From assembly GCA_034780895.1 (NCBI GenBank), contig JAUZTB010000118.1, positions 12,211,888 to 12,275,887 on the forward strand: a DNA stretch of 64,000 bases. The letters are read 5' to 3'. Below are positions 24,501 to 39,850 of this stretch, one piece after another. The translations under genes were made by a program, and so were the position numbers. The notes beneath the pieces were generated by a model. It made no database searches, was not told the origin of the DNA, and saw only the letters and a list, made by a program, of their open reading frames with translations. Each line of letters starts with the position of its first letter. Position 1 is the stretch's first letter. The DNA comes from Rhynchobatus australiae. Its lineage: Eukaryota.

Positions 24501-27029
24501 AAAAAGCAAGCTGTAGAGATCATTTCAAAATCTTTGGGCAGATCAGTGATTTTAGAAATTCACAATGTTGTATTCCAAAAGGGATTAAGCATATTGCTTC
24601 TGCTGGAATTGAGGAAATGGAAATTTTCACTTGCAAATTGGCTCACTATGCCACATGGTTTCCATGGTGAACATATTTTGGATATCTTCAATGATGTGCT
24701 GCATTATCAGTTTTCATTTTGCTGTGTTAAATTTGTACTAAATTTGTGTTCACATTGAGCTGTTGCTCAAAATAAAACTGAATAAAGAATCTGAATGTGT
24801 CTTCACTAAATCAGGTCAAACTATCATCTTAAGGCAAAATTCAAACTGCATATCTCATTTCTGAACTGTCTTCTTAGGGTGTGACAAAGTCCAAGAAAAG
24901 ATTGTGGGGTGGGGGAAGTAATACTTGATGTTCTTCCAGACTGGATTATATTTCTTGAGCACAGCTGAAAAATTCAGTGAGTTCTGCTGCTAATGCAGAC
25001 TTGACAAACTACTGCCAAACCGATATAAAACCTAATTCTGCTGCAGTATTAATCCAGTTCTCAGCATGAAACTTTGGGTGAAGCAATGAAGAATGTGTGG
25101 AAATGACTTGCTGGAATGTTTCTGGAGATGAGGGATAACTTTTGTGTCTAATCTCTATCCAGTAGAGAATTGGTGGAAAACATTTTTGCAACAATCCAGT
25201 AGTTGTCACTTTTTACTCCTGATTTATTTAGTTACTTGACTTGAAATTTCTCAACCATTGTGGTTGGACCTTTAGATTATAGTCCAGTAACTTGATCATT
25301 TGAGTTACAATACCATACTGTAAAAATTTATTGTAGAGGAAAGTGCTTGGAGAGCAGGCACCTGTGTTCAATTCTGTATGCAACATCTCAAAAATAAATT
25401 GAAACCTTAATCTTGCAGTAAATGACCAGTAGAATTCTACTAGAAATGAAACTTCATAATATTGAGTTGTGGCTTTTTCTATGCAAGTGCAAAGGAAGAG
25501 CAAAAAATGTATTCAACATTATGTTTTGAGAAAGAAAATGAGTTTCTACTGGTTTAATGAACTGGTACATAAGGGATCTTGATTTTATATGATGAACAGA
25601 AAAAATTGAAATATGTTGACACATAATGTTGAAGCATAAAATTATGAGCCTCCTTAAGCAGAAACTTCCCAGTTAAGAGGGCCTCCAGTAATTATTTGCT
25701 AGCAAATGTAGAAATGTTTTGGGCAGTGAAAGATCAATGATTGGCAAAATGGCTACCATCTGTGTTGTAAGTCCATTGCATATTAAACTTTTTTTTAACT
25801 GAAAGCTAGATTAAGAATGTACTTTTTAAAAAAAATAACATTACAATGAACTCTGGCTTTTCAAATATTTTAAGCAGTGGAGGACATTGATCAGATAGTT
25901 TCATGTTTGCACTATTTTTACAGAATTGAATGGCAGCCATTTTGCCCATCTTGTCAGTCTTAATGGGGCAGGATAATTTCCTGAGTGCCTGCCAGTTCTT
26001 AATTTCTTTACAGAACCTAACATTGTCACCAATAAGTATAGGGCTGCCTCTCATCCCCTGCTTGCATAGCAAGAAATTTGTGAAATGTGTGTTTCAGTTG
26101 TATTTTAAAAATGGGAAGTCTTGTTATTCAGTCTGCATTTGGGGTGCTATACTGATTGTTGCCTAGTTTATTTGTAAATCCTTCCTATTATTAGTCTTCA
26201 AAGTACTTTCATACACTAATGAAAATCCAGCTAACTAAAATGGATTTGACCTCCATGTTTGCTGTATGCATGGTATAAAAGCTTATGGGCTTTTGCCAGA
26301 TTTTGGAACATGGCCTTTGACCTTTTGTACCATACTTCCTTGTAGAAGCAGATGGAATGCAAAAGGGCTGAATTTGTTCCAATTTTTGTGTAACTGCACT
26401 TTGTGTAAACATTTATTCTAATGTTGATGCTGGTTTGCTAGGGTGGGTTAACTTTAAATGATTGTTTCCTATCACTTTGAAGAAAACCACAATAATGTTC
26501 TTTAAGTGTGGTGAGATGATATTAATAACAGTCTAATGTAACTAAGGATGTTAAAAATAGCCTTTCATCTCACCTCTTCTGTCTTTAGATTTCACAGAAT
26601 AGAGACGTGTTGTGTATGTTCCATATTGAAATCTAATCAAAATCAGTATGGCTTGATTTGCCTGACAAGATTAAGATGTGTTGTCTTATATTCAAGTTCT
26701 GGTGAAAGTTATCCAACATTAGCTATTATTTTCTCCTTGCAGATGCTGAATGTTTGATATCACCAGCAGATTAGTAATTTTTCCTTACCTGAAGTTTTAA
26801 CTTTATTGTTCTGATTTCTAAATACCATGGAAGTTGTAAATAGGTTTTCACAAAACATTCTAGTACCTTTTTGAAGAAAGATTATTTAAGCCAAGAATTG
26901 TTGAAGTAGCCCAGGTGTGCAGCAGCAGTGTATTTTTAGTTGTAATATACTTTCTTGCCACCATGTGATGGTCAAAGTATTCTCTATTTTGTTTTAAACA
27001 ATGTACTAGAAATAGTTCAGACAGCGTAT

Positions 27030-27145
27030 GTATTTCATCAGAAATTTCATCAAGTTCTGGAGGTCATTGATCTGAAACATTTTTTTTCTCTCCACGGGTA
27101 ATGCATGATCTCCTGAGTATTTCCGGCACCTTGTTTTCAATTTAT
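27030..27145 (+). mobile_element. Penelope-derived element fragment
   Basis: ggtcattgatctgaaacatt...tctctccac...ctgagtatttccggcac. Confidence 0.55.
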
Positions 27146-30144
27146 GTAAAACTCTGGTTCAAAGTTTTTTTTCTGAGCATGCACAATTAAAATGTTAAAA
27201 TATGCATTAATTTGCAGTTGCATTAATTGTTAATATAATGGTGATTAACTGAAGGTCCTAATTAAGAATGCTTTTGGGAAGCAAGGTATTGTGGAGTGTC
27301 TTGCAGCTGTATTCTTTGGTTGAATGGCTGGGTAGTGCTACCAAATTTCATCTGTTGATTTTACATTACCATAGTGTTCTAACTGAGTATTTGGTTAATT
27401 TATTTTGTGCCATGGTTTTCATGAATCCTAGATTACTGTTGTCTAATACTACCATTTCTACACTTAAATGGTGCTTTGAACAAATAAATGAATTGTAGTT
27501 TTGAAGTTTTAACTATAGTTTAAGCAGCTTCAGGGAATGCAGACTTGATTTTTTTTTCCCCCTCCTTTAATTATACCATTAGGATTTCTAATTAATTTGG
27601 GAACTTTAGGCCTGCTTTTCCCTAGTATGTGCGTGCAAGTGTGTACATGTGTGTTTCATTACTTGATTGCTCAAGGAGCCTTTTGTTTAAATTGGCAAAG
27701 CTTGTTGTGGAAGCATAGTTTGTCTGCTGGCAGATTAACTGCATGGCAGGCAAAAAGGGCCATGTGAACCAGAGAAAATTCTAGTTATTTTTGCTAGAGA
27801 AAACTGTGCATAACATGGGTAGAGTAATGCAGGATATTGCTGGAACTTTCCCTACTACCGTATTCAGAATGACTTCAAATATGTAGACTTTAGTGTGTGA
27901 TGTACAGTATTTTTGAACACTGGGTAATGTGTATTTGTTCCCTTTTTGGAAAATTTTATGGATAAAACTTATTTTAATTTGACAGTTAACATAAATTTGG
28001 TAACTTGTACTCCATTCAGCTCGTAGATTTGGTCTGCTGTTTAATAAAATCCTAGCTGATCTACTTTAGCACTACCTTGCTGCACTATCCTTGTATATCC
28101 CTTGATTTTCTTTATATGCACAGTTGCTTTAGAAACTAGTTTTTGCTGTTACTCATCAGGGATTGAAGCTTGCCTAGTAAGTTGAGTAACAACTTCATCT
28201 ACTTACACTGAATGGTAGTAATAAACTATTATTTTCCTACTCTTCTGGGACATCTGGATAGATCTTTTCACCAGTATATGAATAGGTGCTTATGTCTTGC
28301 ACTCAAAATACTTTAAGCAAGTATATAGAAAATTACTTATTTCATTCCTGAAAATTGGTGCAAAAACAAGTCATCCTAGAGACTACCTAAGAAGATTATT
28401 TGTATTTATGTGAAGATTTGTTATTTATAGATGACTTATTAGCTATTTTGTGTTCAGTAGATTGATCCTAAAGAAATTAACTGCTTATCAGCTCCTGGTA
28501 GCTACTTAATACTCCTAGCTATATCTGTGTCTTCACATGTTGCCCATTTTACTATATCTTGTTAAATTATGGCATACTTATTAAAAGACTGCATGCAAAC
28601 GCTTCAGAAGAAATTGAACTTCCTTGGTACCCCATGATTTTTTTGGTTGAAAGATGCACGTTTATCTGCTTCATTTATTTGCTATTGGTTTATCATCAAC
28701 ACTGTCCTTCATTAGGTAAAGTTTGATCTTTCTTTCTGTGAGATCCCCTAGGGTTGGTACTCTTGCACCATTTGTGCGTTAAGTTCCTTCAAAGGAGTTA
28801 TACTTTTTAAATTGAGCACAGCTGGTTATTGACTATTTAAGAGATCACAGTCCCAAAGTTTAAAGTGAAATACAAACATATCATTGGCTTCATGCAGCTT
28901 CCTATTATATATTTATATTTGTATATTTAGTCTAACTCATTCTGTAATTTGTTGCCTCTTCCAGTTTCATTGACCTTCATTTATAATACCATGTTGATTT
29001 TGAGTCCAAGTCACTGATATGAATTAGAAACCACAATCATTGTGATACCAAACATTGTGTCACCCTAATCTGTAATTCTACCATCAACTCCCCTCTGGAC
29101 ATAAGAGTAACTTGTCTGATAACTACCAATTCATATCCAAGTTTTATTTTGGATGTGCATTGAGTTGATGTCAAGTACTCACCTTCTGAAAGGCGTATGG
29201 CAAAGTTACATCATGGAGTTTACTGTGGACTGAGTCAAGCTGGCTGTGCGTAGTGTTTTGGTCCTACTTGCCAACCTGGAAGTTAGGAAGAGAAAGATAA
29301 ACTCAGTTATTTCAATTTACTTTTAATGCTTTTAATTTTAAACCAATTAAAATTTCAGTAGTTTTCACATATTTCTGTATGAGACTTCATAAATTATTGT
29401 TAAGTCTTATTAACACTTCTGGCAGAAAATAATGCTGTTCTCCAGTTTTGTCAAAGGCATCCTTCGGCAGGTCCTCAGTGGCTCACTGTCTGAGGCATCA
29501 TTGACTGCATTTGGGGGAGACAAAACAATTGGATCTGGGTTAGCAGTTATGGGGAGGGATTGGTTTGGGTATGGGCCTGGCCAGCAGCTTGTCCCAAAGA
29601 AGCGAAGAAGCTCAGTCAAGCAGACTCTTTCCTCTCTGAATTAGTGTTGTTCAGATAATAATTTTCACCTGAGAATTATTTCTATTTTGACCTTTTAAAA
29701 TTGGTGTCAGCATTTTGAATCTGCTCACACTGGTTACTTCTAATATCTGTTGATTCCCTCATCATCGTTAATGCCTCACTTGTTTAAATATTTCTCCAAT
29801 GCAATTAAAATTACCAACATATTTAGAAAAAGCAATATTGTAATAAAAATTAATGAAGACATTAATGTTTCTTGCACTTACAGAAATTGTTTTGGGTAAA
29901 GCATACTTGGATGCATCTGATGGAATATGTTTTCTGGAGGACCTGAATGCAGATTCTGAGGTTGTTTTGAAGCTAAAAAGGTTTATGTATTATAGCCTTG
30001 TGCAAGTTGACACTTTTTTGTGGGAGTGGATGAGAAGATGGTTGTAATTGTTTTCATTGAAAAACTTGGTTGAAATTCTGATGCTAAAATGTAAATAGAT
30101 GTGATTCTTCACCTCTTTGCTAATATCCCCACTTCTAAGTTGTA

Positions 30145-30350
30145 GCATAAGAATACAAAAGCATAAGAGATTGCAAGAGTAGACATTTGGGCCGTCAAAC
30201 TTGTTCTGCCATTCATCAAGGTCATGGTTGATCTTCTACCTCAGCCTCATTTTCCTGCACATTCTCTACTTTCCACAATTCCCTTCATATCCAGCAATCT
30301 ATTGCTCTCTGCTTTGACTGAACGCTATCACTGAGCCTCTATGGACTGAG
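30145..30350 (-). mobile_element. CR1-like 3' end
   Basis: cataagaatac...cataagag...agagtagacatttgggcc...ctgccattcatcaaggtcatggttgatct. Confidence 0.7.
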
Positions 30351-33300
30351 CACAGACTGAAATTGTGTAAATTTGAACTTTATTGTTTTATCCACTATTT
30401 ATTATATTATTTTAACTTTTGCTTTTTGTTTTGGTGCATTATATCAATTGTCCATTTCCTAGTCTGACATCTGATTGTTGTGAGCTGTCAGAATCAAAAA
30501 TATTGTGAGCATTCTGGGGTGAAGGGTGGGTTGATGTTGTCGATGTAGGCCAGTTTTCTTTTTGAGTGCTCACAGACATCTTCTGTATTTCAAGTGTTTT
30601 TTAATACATGTGACTCTTGCTATTTTTTCCCCACATGCAAGCTGTTGCTATGGGAAGTCAACTGCACTATATTGCAGGTTTGATTGTGTATGCTGGCTCC
30701 TAGTGGTAAGATTATATTTTCGTCTAAGGAAGCTTTCTAACCCAGTGTTATCATTCCAAGGCAAGTTTTTTTTTGCTAGATTAGCTCAATATGGCTAGAA
30801 TTGTTTTTAATTGTCATTGTCTTTGTTACTTTGAAAGCAGAAGTGGCATGATGGTTACTTAAAATATTCAACATTCAAAATTTAAGATTTGGATGAAGCA
30901 CACTGGGCTCGCTTGCATCTCTCCTGAAGGACCCTGTCTCCAATCTTTAGTTATCCAGTCCTCAGCCACAGAAAGATGGCCATAACACCATACACTTGAA
31001 TAAAGTTGCCCTTTGTTTTGGAACTCAGCATAAAATGAATAGGGTCTCATTGATTTATCAATTTGTTTATCTCCATGAAGTGGTTATTTCTTTAAAGATC
31101 ATAGCTTGGTGGGTAAACGTGGTGTTGTGTGCATACATGCTGTAACATTGTAAGAGATAAAACTTGGGGTGGAGGGGGGAGGAGAGAAAAATCTTGAGTA
31201 TTGGCCCAAATATGATCTGCTAAGGCCACATGCATCAATTTTGCAGTTATTAATTGTTTAGTTAAAAGTAACTTTGCAGTACAATAAAATGGCAACAATC
31301 CTTTATCCAACTATTCTGAAATCCTGATGGTTTGGTATCTGGCTCACCAGGTGATATTTCCCATGCTCTTCCCAACTTGCTGGGACCACTGGAAAAACTA
31401 TTATTCTACAGTGTAACATTTAAAGAAAAATTTAGTTTGTGCACTGGAGAAAGTCTAGAAAATCTGTCAGTTCAGCATCCATCAGAATTCCAAATGGGGC
31501 TGATTGATAAGAGTTTTACTATATCTTTGTTTTGTTTCCAGAGTGATCAGTCAGCTTACTCTTTGTACATTTGTCAAACAAATTGGTTTTATTTTTCCAG
31601 AGTGAATGGAATGGGCATCCTATGTGTTCTTTAGTGATTTCTTGTTTGGTAGATAAGGGGAACTTGGTGTGTATATAAAGGGTATGATGAAGAAATCCAG
31701 TGAAATAGGTTAGGATGATTGGAGAGAAAACACTGGTATAGACCTGTTGGCCAAAGCCCTGTTTCTTTGCTGTTAGTTTCATGTAATTTTATATGATCTA
31801 AATTTTAAAATGGTTAAAGCCTCTGAACTGTGCACAGTGCATGTAATGAATTGGGATATATTATGTTTGCAGAAACTTTCTTACCCAGGAATAGAAAGTT
31901 GGCAATAGGAACCCCAAGCTTTGAGCTATCCCACAAAATATGAAAACAGTTCACAAATTTTTTGTTTTCCCTTTCTTGTGATGTGGAGGCTTTGTCTACT
32001 CGTGGGCACTCTTTATAAGGGAGAAAAATAAAGATACTGGTTCTGTAATCAGATTTGGGTGAACGTGTCAAAGTGCAATGATTGAATAGTTATATTGATA
32101 TTTAAACTGCATTGTCCTGATTTTGGCAAAATGGTCTGTGGCTAGGTTATTTGGAAACTTTAATGCTTAAGAATCTACAAAGTGACCTGGTTATAGAGGA
32201 CAACCTAATTTATCATGCTGATGAATCTTTGGTCTGTGATATGGAGCTGCAGTAATTATCAATAGACCTTAAAAAAACCATCTGTCGTTATTTATAGCAT
32301 ACTTTTCTTAGAATTTTTACTGCAGGAATTGGATGGATTACTGTGAGCTCAAAATACATTTAGTAGGCTGCTTATTAACCCATGAAGTTCTTTGAAGTCT
32401 TGTGTTTTAACATTGAGAGGGAGGTGTAGAAATGAGATTTTTTTTCTATATTTATTTCATTAAGAAATAGACAAAATGGAGGAAGTACCTGGTGAAGTGA
32501 GCTGCTTTTATAATTTGGACTTGTGCTACTTTTCACTGTGACTCACTGAAGTTGGGACTACATTGCGATCCCGTTTCCTGCTGATTCCAGTGTTATTGGA
32601 AAATATACACAGTGGATTTTTAAATTTTGTTCCATTGAAATAAGTGGTCATGTCAAGTAGAAAATTGGGGAGTAGGTTTGATAACAGTATTTGCTATTTC
32701 GTAACTGCACTGCACCATGACATGACAATTTGAAATGAGCAGAGAGGTGAAGGTGAATAAGGGGATAAAATCAGAAGTAGAGTTGAATAATAGTATTCAT
32801 ATATTAGGATCACAAAGAGTTTGAAAGCTTTCTTCGTGCATGGGATCAGCCCCAAAATGCAAATCCTTGCCATGTATTTGAAAATTCTGTGCTTTGACTT
32901 GTGGAGTACGATATACATCATACATAATGATTGAGCGGTTTTCTATCTTTCCTGTCTATTTTACCTTTACAGCTATTGTCATTTAAGAGCATAAATAAGA
33001 AAGTGTCTCAAGCAAATTGTAAACTGCTGGTCCATTAATTTGAGCAGTTTTTTGTTGTTCTCTGATTTTTGATAGAAAGTATTAAGAGTANNNNNNNNNN
33101 NNGGCTTCATTATCATAATTTAATTTGCATTAAAAAATCTTGGAAATCCTGTCCTCTGTTTCGTAAAGCAATGCTTTCACCTTCTGGTAGTTTGTTTTAA
33201 GAGAAAACTATTAGAACAAAGTACATATAGAGTTGCATGACCAAATTCTAAAGCCCAGAGGAATTTTATACCAATATCTTTCCTCATCTGTAGAAAACAG

Positions 33301-34049
33301 TTATTTTCTGAAGTTATTTTCAAATTCATATAGTCAGTGATCTTCCCTACCTCCCCTTCTTTTCTCTCTCTTACCCTACCCCCCAAAAAACTTTGGCTTA
33401 ACTTTCAGTACAGAAATAAGTCCACAACTGGGATATGATTTGTGCATTTTAATTGGCTTTCATGCCACTGCCCATATTTGTTTTGAACCTTGCCCTCCTG
33501 AGAAGTCTGGGAAAGAGTTTTTTCTGTTTAAAAGGATTTATCAGTTGCCTAGAATAGTTCATATTGGGTACCATTTCCAATTCTACCTCCTGAAGTGTGA
33601 GAACAGAGGATTAATTTTTCTCAGTCTCTTTGCATTGTTCAATTTGTTCTTTGCTGTCAAATGAAGAGCTGCAGTATGTGAACATTTTTTTTAAAAGACC
33701 TTGGAATGTCATGTGGAAGCTTGCCTTAAAGGACTAACTTGAGTTCTAGCACCACTAAGGAATATGAAATTGTAGTTACAGGGCTAATTTTGTGAACAAT
33801 ATTCATATTGATTTCTTGGGGTCTGTCAAATGACTCTGTTGATTAACCTATCCCTTTTTCAATTTAATAGAATGCTGATTACAAAAGAATCTTCCAAGCT
33901 TGCAGTGGAATAATATTTTAAGAAAGTAATGAACCTAGAAATGAATATTCTGCTTGTACTTGAAACATTTGAGTAATATTTTTTTCCCTTGGTGCTATCT
34001 GGCTGCAAGAGAAATCAATTTGGTTAAATTATTCAGCATTTATTGAGGG

Positions 34050-34425
34050 TTTAGAATATAGCATAGGAATAGGCCCTTCAGCTCGCTATGTATGTGCTGA
34101 CCAGGGTGTTGCAGGCACCTCCCCCTCTTGTGTTTAAACAAAAACTTGCATGTCTCCTTTAAACATTCCCCACCCCCACACCTTAAAGCTATGTCTGCTA
34201 GTATTTGACATTTCTAACCTGGGAGAAAGGCTACCCTATCTATGCCTCTCATAATTTTATAAACTTCTATCATGTTACCCATTTGCTTCTGATACACCAG
34301 AGAAAACAATCTGTCCAACCTCTCTCTATGGCTAATACTTTAATCCAGGCAATGTTCTGGTGAACCTCTTCTGCACTCCCTCCAAATATGGCCTAACCAG
34401 AGTTTTATACAACTGCAACATGTGG
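34050..34425 (-). mobile_element. CR1-like 3' end
   Basis: gaataggcccttcagc...ccctatctatgcctctcataattttataaacttctatcatgttaccc...ctggtgaacctcttctgcac. Confidence 0.8.
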
Positions 34426-37400
34426 AGAGGTGAAAACACGTTTTGCCTCCTATCTGGTTACTGTCACCACTTTTTTAAGCATTCATTTTTATCACAAATG
34501 AGTTGATCACGTTTGAAATATGGCCAACCTGGTTAAAATGGATCTGACAACTAATTTTGATGGTTTTTCCAAGTAGCAGGGAAAGAAGAAAGTTAGAAAA
34601 ACATGTGAAATCAGATACCATGAGAATTAATTTGCTTTGGCTACAATCTGCAGAAATATTTTAGTGGTTTTGTGGCAACAAAATCTTGACTAATTAAACA
34701 CATTAGTGTGTCATTAGTAAAAGTTGGGAAGATAATGTAATTTGAGATCAAGGGAATTGTATCAATATAAACCAGGATGTATCAGTTGTAATGTAAATAG
34801 CATTCACAGATTAACTTGTATATATCTTTTCTAAAAGCTGCCATCTGACCATGTCCTTTTGAAATGCTAGATAATTTGGACTCCATTGCTATACTGAATA
34901 TGTTGTCACGCAAGGCAGTATTGCCTGTTTCTGCTTAAGAGTTTGTTGCCAAGAACTGTGGTGTGGATGGGAAGGTTTTCTTGGGTGGATTTATATGATT
35001 GGTTGTTGCTTAGCCTAGTTAAAATATAGAACCTGTGGAATCTGACAGTTGTGATGTGTCATCAGAAGTCTGCCCTTACTGGCATCAAATTCATTGCAAA
35101 CTTTGAAAGTGCGGATAGTTGGATGGTTCTGTATACATGTAGCCTAGCGAGAAGGAGCACACCAATTTGAGCACAGCTGTTTTAACATCTAATTGATGAC
35201 CTGATCTGTCTGAATTCGACAAAGATGATTACTTTAAGCGAGAAATTGATTAAAAACAGCAGTAAAGGAATCTACAAAGTTACGCGAATACTAAAGTGCA
35301 AACTTGCTTCTCGTTATTCTTGTGCTCCATTGCTGATTCCACGAAAGGAACCTTCTCATTGTAAGCACATTTTTATGTAGTTGTATTCTAATTTGACGGT
35401 TTAAATTGTGCATAATACATAAAAATAACATAACTGAGGTTCTTGGTGGTTTTGATAATTCTAAAGGGTCAGTAATAAAAATCTGTAGTGTACTTTCTCA
35501 CCAGGCCTGAAACAGTGTTATGTTGGCATAATAGATTTGCATGACCTTCAAGCTTTGGTTATATCATTTACTACTTCCAATAATGAAATAATGAGCTATA
35601 ACAAAGGAAAAAGTGTGTAGATTTGGGTTGGAGGGCAGGGGAAATGGGGGAATTGGAAGCTTGCCTCTTTTGAAACTGTAAATGGCTGACATTAGTTATG
35701 AATAACTTTCATGTACTGAACCATCATTACACATACTTTTAAGTACAGGTTTTTCTAAAAAAAATAATGAATTGCCATGGCTATATAGGCTTTCGTTACT
35801 TGTTGGTTTTGATATGGCTAGTTGACCTTCCATGGTGGTACTGGTGAACAAAATTTCTGTAGATTTTCATCTACTCTCACATGCTCTCTGTATTTCCCAT
35901 TTATGTCCATTTTACATTTGTCATACTGTCCATTTACATGTGCAGAATGTTTTAGGTTATATGACAGTGCCACAACATTCTGCTATCCATAAAGGAGCAA
36001 AAAGGGAAGGATTTTCTAAATCACAAGAAGTTAACTAGGACATCAGACTAAAGTTGGTGGTTGGAATTTGTATAGGTAAACTAACATGAGAATGTTATCT
36101 CAATAAAACTTCATACACTGGCGTAAGAAAGAAGGTCTTATCAATCAGTTGCAACTTTAGAGAATACATACCCATTGGATGTTGTCTGATTTGAATGTAG
36201 TCATATCTGTCACTTAGACTGTATACTATTGGGCTTTATTTTCAAGCACTGGTTGAGAATGTTCTAATTAATATGTTCGTAATGAATTGGGTATGAGGCA
36301 TAGTAAAAATTAGAATCAGTTCGTTTGCTGTTGATATCAAGAAGCACCTCTTCACAGTGGGTTATTAAAATCTCGAACTCTTTCCCTGAGCCAGTTAATC
36401 CTACAATTAAATGATCAAGGCTATTATGCATTTATATTGAGTAAGGATAATTACCAAAACCCTGTGCAAGCCCTTCAGAAGGGCAAGGCTAGCAGATGCA
36501 GGGGGATGACGACACCTGCAGGTCTTCCTCCAAGTTGCGCACCATACAGGTTTGGAAATGTACCATTCCTTCATTACTGAGTTTAAATTTTGGAGCTCGC
36601 TACTCAAAAAGTCAGTAATGGAGATGAATAGAATTGAGACACAGATTAAAAAAAACGCAATTTAATTGAATGTTGGAACAGTTGAATAGCTTGTTAATAG
36701 AATATCATTATCAGTGAGAGCTAATAGTACAAAAAGTTGAAAGGGATGGTTGAGAAGACTGGGTGCTTCAGTAGGCTCTAACTTAAATTTTCATCCAGAT
36801 ATTAGTAATGTGCTGAAGTTCTTTTTGACCTGATGGACGTGAGAATCGGACAGCTGCCTGTGTTAACTTGCATAGTGAACTTTAGTGTTTTGCTTTAAGT
36901 AATAAAGTAGCTGCTTGGGGGTGGGGGTTTGGGAATAGAATGACAGACTTGACCATTTGGGTTCCATGTTGAATGTAACCAGAAAACCTGGATGCTGTCC
37001 TTTGGCATATTAGAACCTTTTGCACTAATCTGAATTTGCATGTTTAATCCAAGCGATAACATTTAAAAGTATTCAAATAGATTTAAATACAACATAAAAT
37101 AACCATTATAATGAAGTGAAATAATTCGCACGCCGACCTGCACTTGTCTTTATTCCCAAGGTTGGTAACCCTATTCAAATGCTCCAAAGCCCTCATGGTT
37201 GATGGCTGACAATTTTCTTTCCCTCCTCGGCCCATCAGCACAGATTGTAATACATTTTTTGTGATGGACTTTTTTTTTGAAGTTGATTTAATGGAGCTTG
37301 CTGTGAGCAATACTCCGCAGCTTTATAGTTTTGATTGCATGAGATTAAACTAGATTTTGGATGTTTCCTTGGTTCTTATAGTAACAGGTTTATCCAATAT

Positions 37401-38509
37401 GAGCACAAGTAGTCTGTTTACATTAGTTAGTCATTAAATTTGTTTGCTTAATACTAGAAATTAAAATTTTCAGATGTCTAGGAACTGTCCTTGCATCTTT
37501 CTGTACCTGACGAATTGAATGCATTGAACAAACAAGTGTAGTGCTTTACCATTTGCAGAGTTAAATGTTCTAAAAAGTATTGCATATAGCAAAACATTTG
37601 AATTAACTGCAATATCCTTGTGTTATTATAGTTAAATTGATTAGAAGCACCATCTGCTAAGTAATTTGACTCTTGTAAGCAGATGTATATTGATGCATGG
37701 AAAAGTTTTGACATGGTTGCAATTGTTGGCATTAGTTCTAAATTGGCTGCCAGAAGACGAGGAACAGTCAATTGCCTTTGGTCTGCTACTGGAGAGCAGT
37801 TGTATTTGGGGGAAAAAATTGTTGTTTTCTGCTAAATGATATAAAAGAATCTAAATAATACCATCAGATGAAAAATTAGCCATATTTTACAAGGTTTGGT
37901 TTGGTGACATGTAGTTGCATCGAATATTAGCAACATACTGGCACATACTAGCTCATCACCATTATTATAGCAGTATGTAAAGTATTGGTTTCTTTTAAAT
38001 TGTAGCTATTGTTTATTTTCCTAAGCAACAAAACAAATAAATATTCCTGAGTCTTCAGGATTACACAGATCATATATTTCAGTTTTGGACATGGGTAGTT
38101 GTGAACCTGATAAGAGGTCACTTGTTTCCTGTTAATCAGTTACAAGTCTAAAACAATTTACAGTCGTAAAACATTCAAGAGGGACAACTTGAATATCTTG
38201 AATCTCTCCAGTTCTCTCTCCGTGTAAGCAAGGAATTCCAGAGCTTGGGCAAAGACATCTGAAAGCACTACTGTCAATAATATGGTAAAGCAAGTGAGCC
38301 ATATCCAAGAGGCCACACAACCTTCTGAGTATCTTTTTAATTCAAAAATGCTCGTCTTTAAAACAGTGCTCCACTTGCTTTGTCTTGTATTGACATTTTA
38401 ATTAGTGTTGAGATAAGGCAAAATCATATGGCACCAATCTGCAGCTATACTTTAAATGCACCATCTATCACAATAGATCAGCGTTTGTAGTAAATGCAGA
38501 AAATTGTTA

Positions 38510-39850
38510 ATTGACTGGGTCATGGTGTTGAAACATTGGGAATATCTGATTTTATTCCATGATCTTATGGGATGATAGAGCAGGCACAAGGAGCTAAATG
38601 ACCTACTGCTCTATTTTATGTTGATAAAATAGCATTTATTAGTAACAATGTTATTGTTTTTAAAACAATCTGCTTAAACTGAGGACCCCAGTTTAATAAT
38701 ATAACCAATGGATGCCAACAGTGGTGTTAGAGCACATACTTGGTACTGCACAGAATGGAATACCCAGTGAAGGGGAAGATAGAATGTCTAGAAATCAGAA
38801 ATACTGAATAGTCGGCAAGTCAGAGCCTTCCTGACAAACCTCCTTTAATTCCTTGAGGTGGCAGAGTGGGCAAAGATAATATAATGTGTCCAATTTATTT
38901 TAATTTATGAAAGGTCTTGGACCAGGTGTCACACAGTACATTAATGAATGCAGTTGGGATGTGGAACAAATAACACAATGAATAGCTAGCAGATTTCAAA
39001 ATAGGTTTAAAGAGTAGATATTTAACAACAAAGTGAAAAATGGGGTCCCATAGATATTAGTGGTACCACTGTTCCTTGTAGTTTGTATCACTAATTTAGA
39101 TTTTGGAATCTCAAATTCCCAAATTTGTTACGAGTAATTAAGAGTATTGCAACATTAATAATCTAATCCTGTAGATTATTCCTAATTGGCCAATTAATTT
39201 TAACACTTAATGTGAGATTGCATTTTGCTAAAAAGGTCTTGTATCACTTGAAAAATAATCAAAGGGAATAAAGTACAAATGTATATGATGAAAAGGAGTG
39301 GTGATAGGAGTAAGACCACCCTACAAAAAGCAACTCAAGCACTTGTACTCTTTCTAATTCATCCCTTTAAATCTGAGTATGTCAAACCCATTAGACCACA
39401 CTTGGAGTACAATGTGTAATTCTGCCCTTCGTATTTAAAAGTATATAGTAGCACTGTGAAGGATAGAAAATAGATTTACCAAGACAATGCCAGAAATTTT
39501 GGAGTTATACCAACTCAAAAGAAAAAAATTTTTGGAAATGTTAAGTTTTGTTTCTTGGAAAAAGTTATTGTAAGATTTAACTAGGTGCTCTGATAATTAT
39601 GAAAAGTTCTGGTGGGAAGTACTTCCAGCCGTGGGGAGTAGCAAAACGATAAGTGATCAATATAGGTTTGTCACAAAAAGAGCAAATAAGGAATTTAAAA
39701 CAAAACTGTTTATTGTTATAACCTATTTATATCCAGAGAATGACATGAATATGGAACTTGCTGCAAATGCAGTAGTTGGAGTAAATGTAAAGATGCATAT
39801 AAAGGATGGTGAGATAAACAAGGGAGATGGTAATAAGTTTGATTATTCTG
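38510..39850 (+). mobile_element. Highly decayed CR1-like LINE remnants
   Basis: ggggtcccatagatattagtggtaccactg (cf. GVPQGSVLGPL), ttagaccacacttggagtac and agatttaccaagacaatgccag. Confidence 0.5.

Noticed and set aside
29410-29644. GC-richer patch with ~70-aa ORFs on both strands
   Set aside because: No recognisable protein similarity or convincing splice sites.
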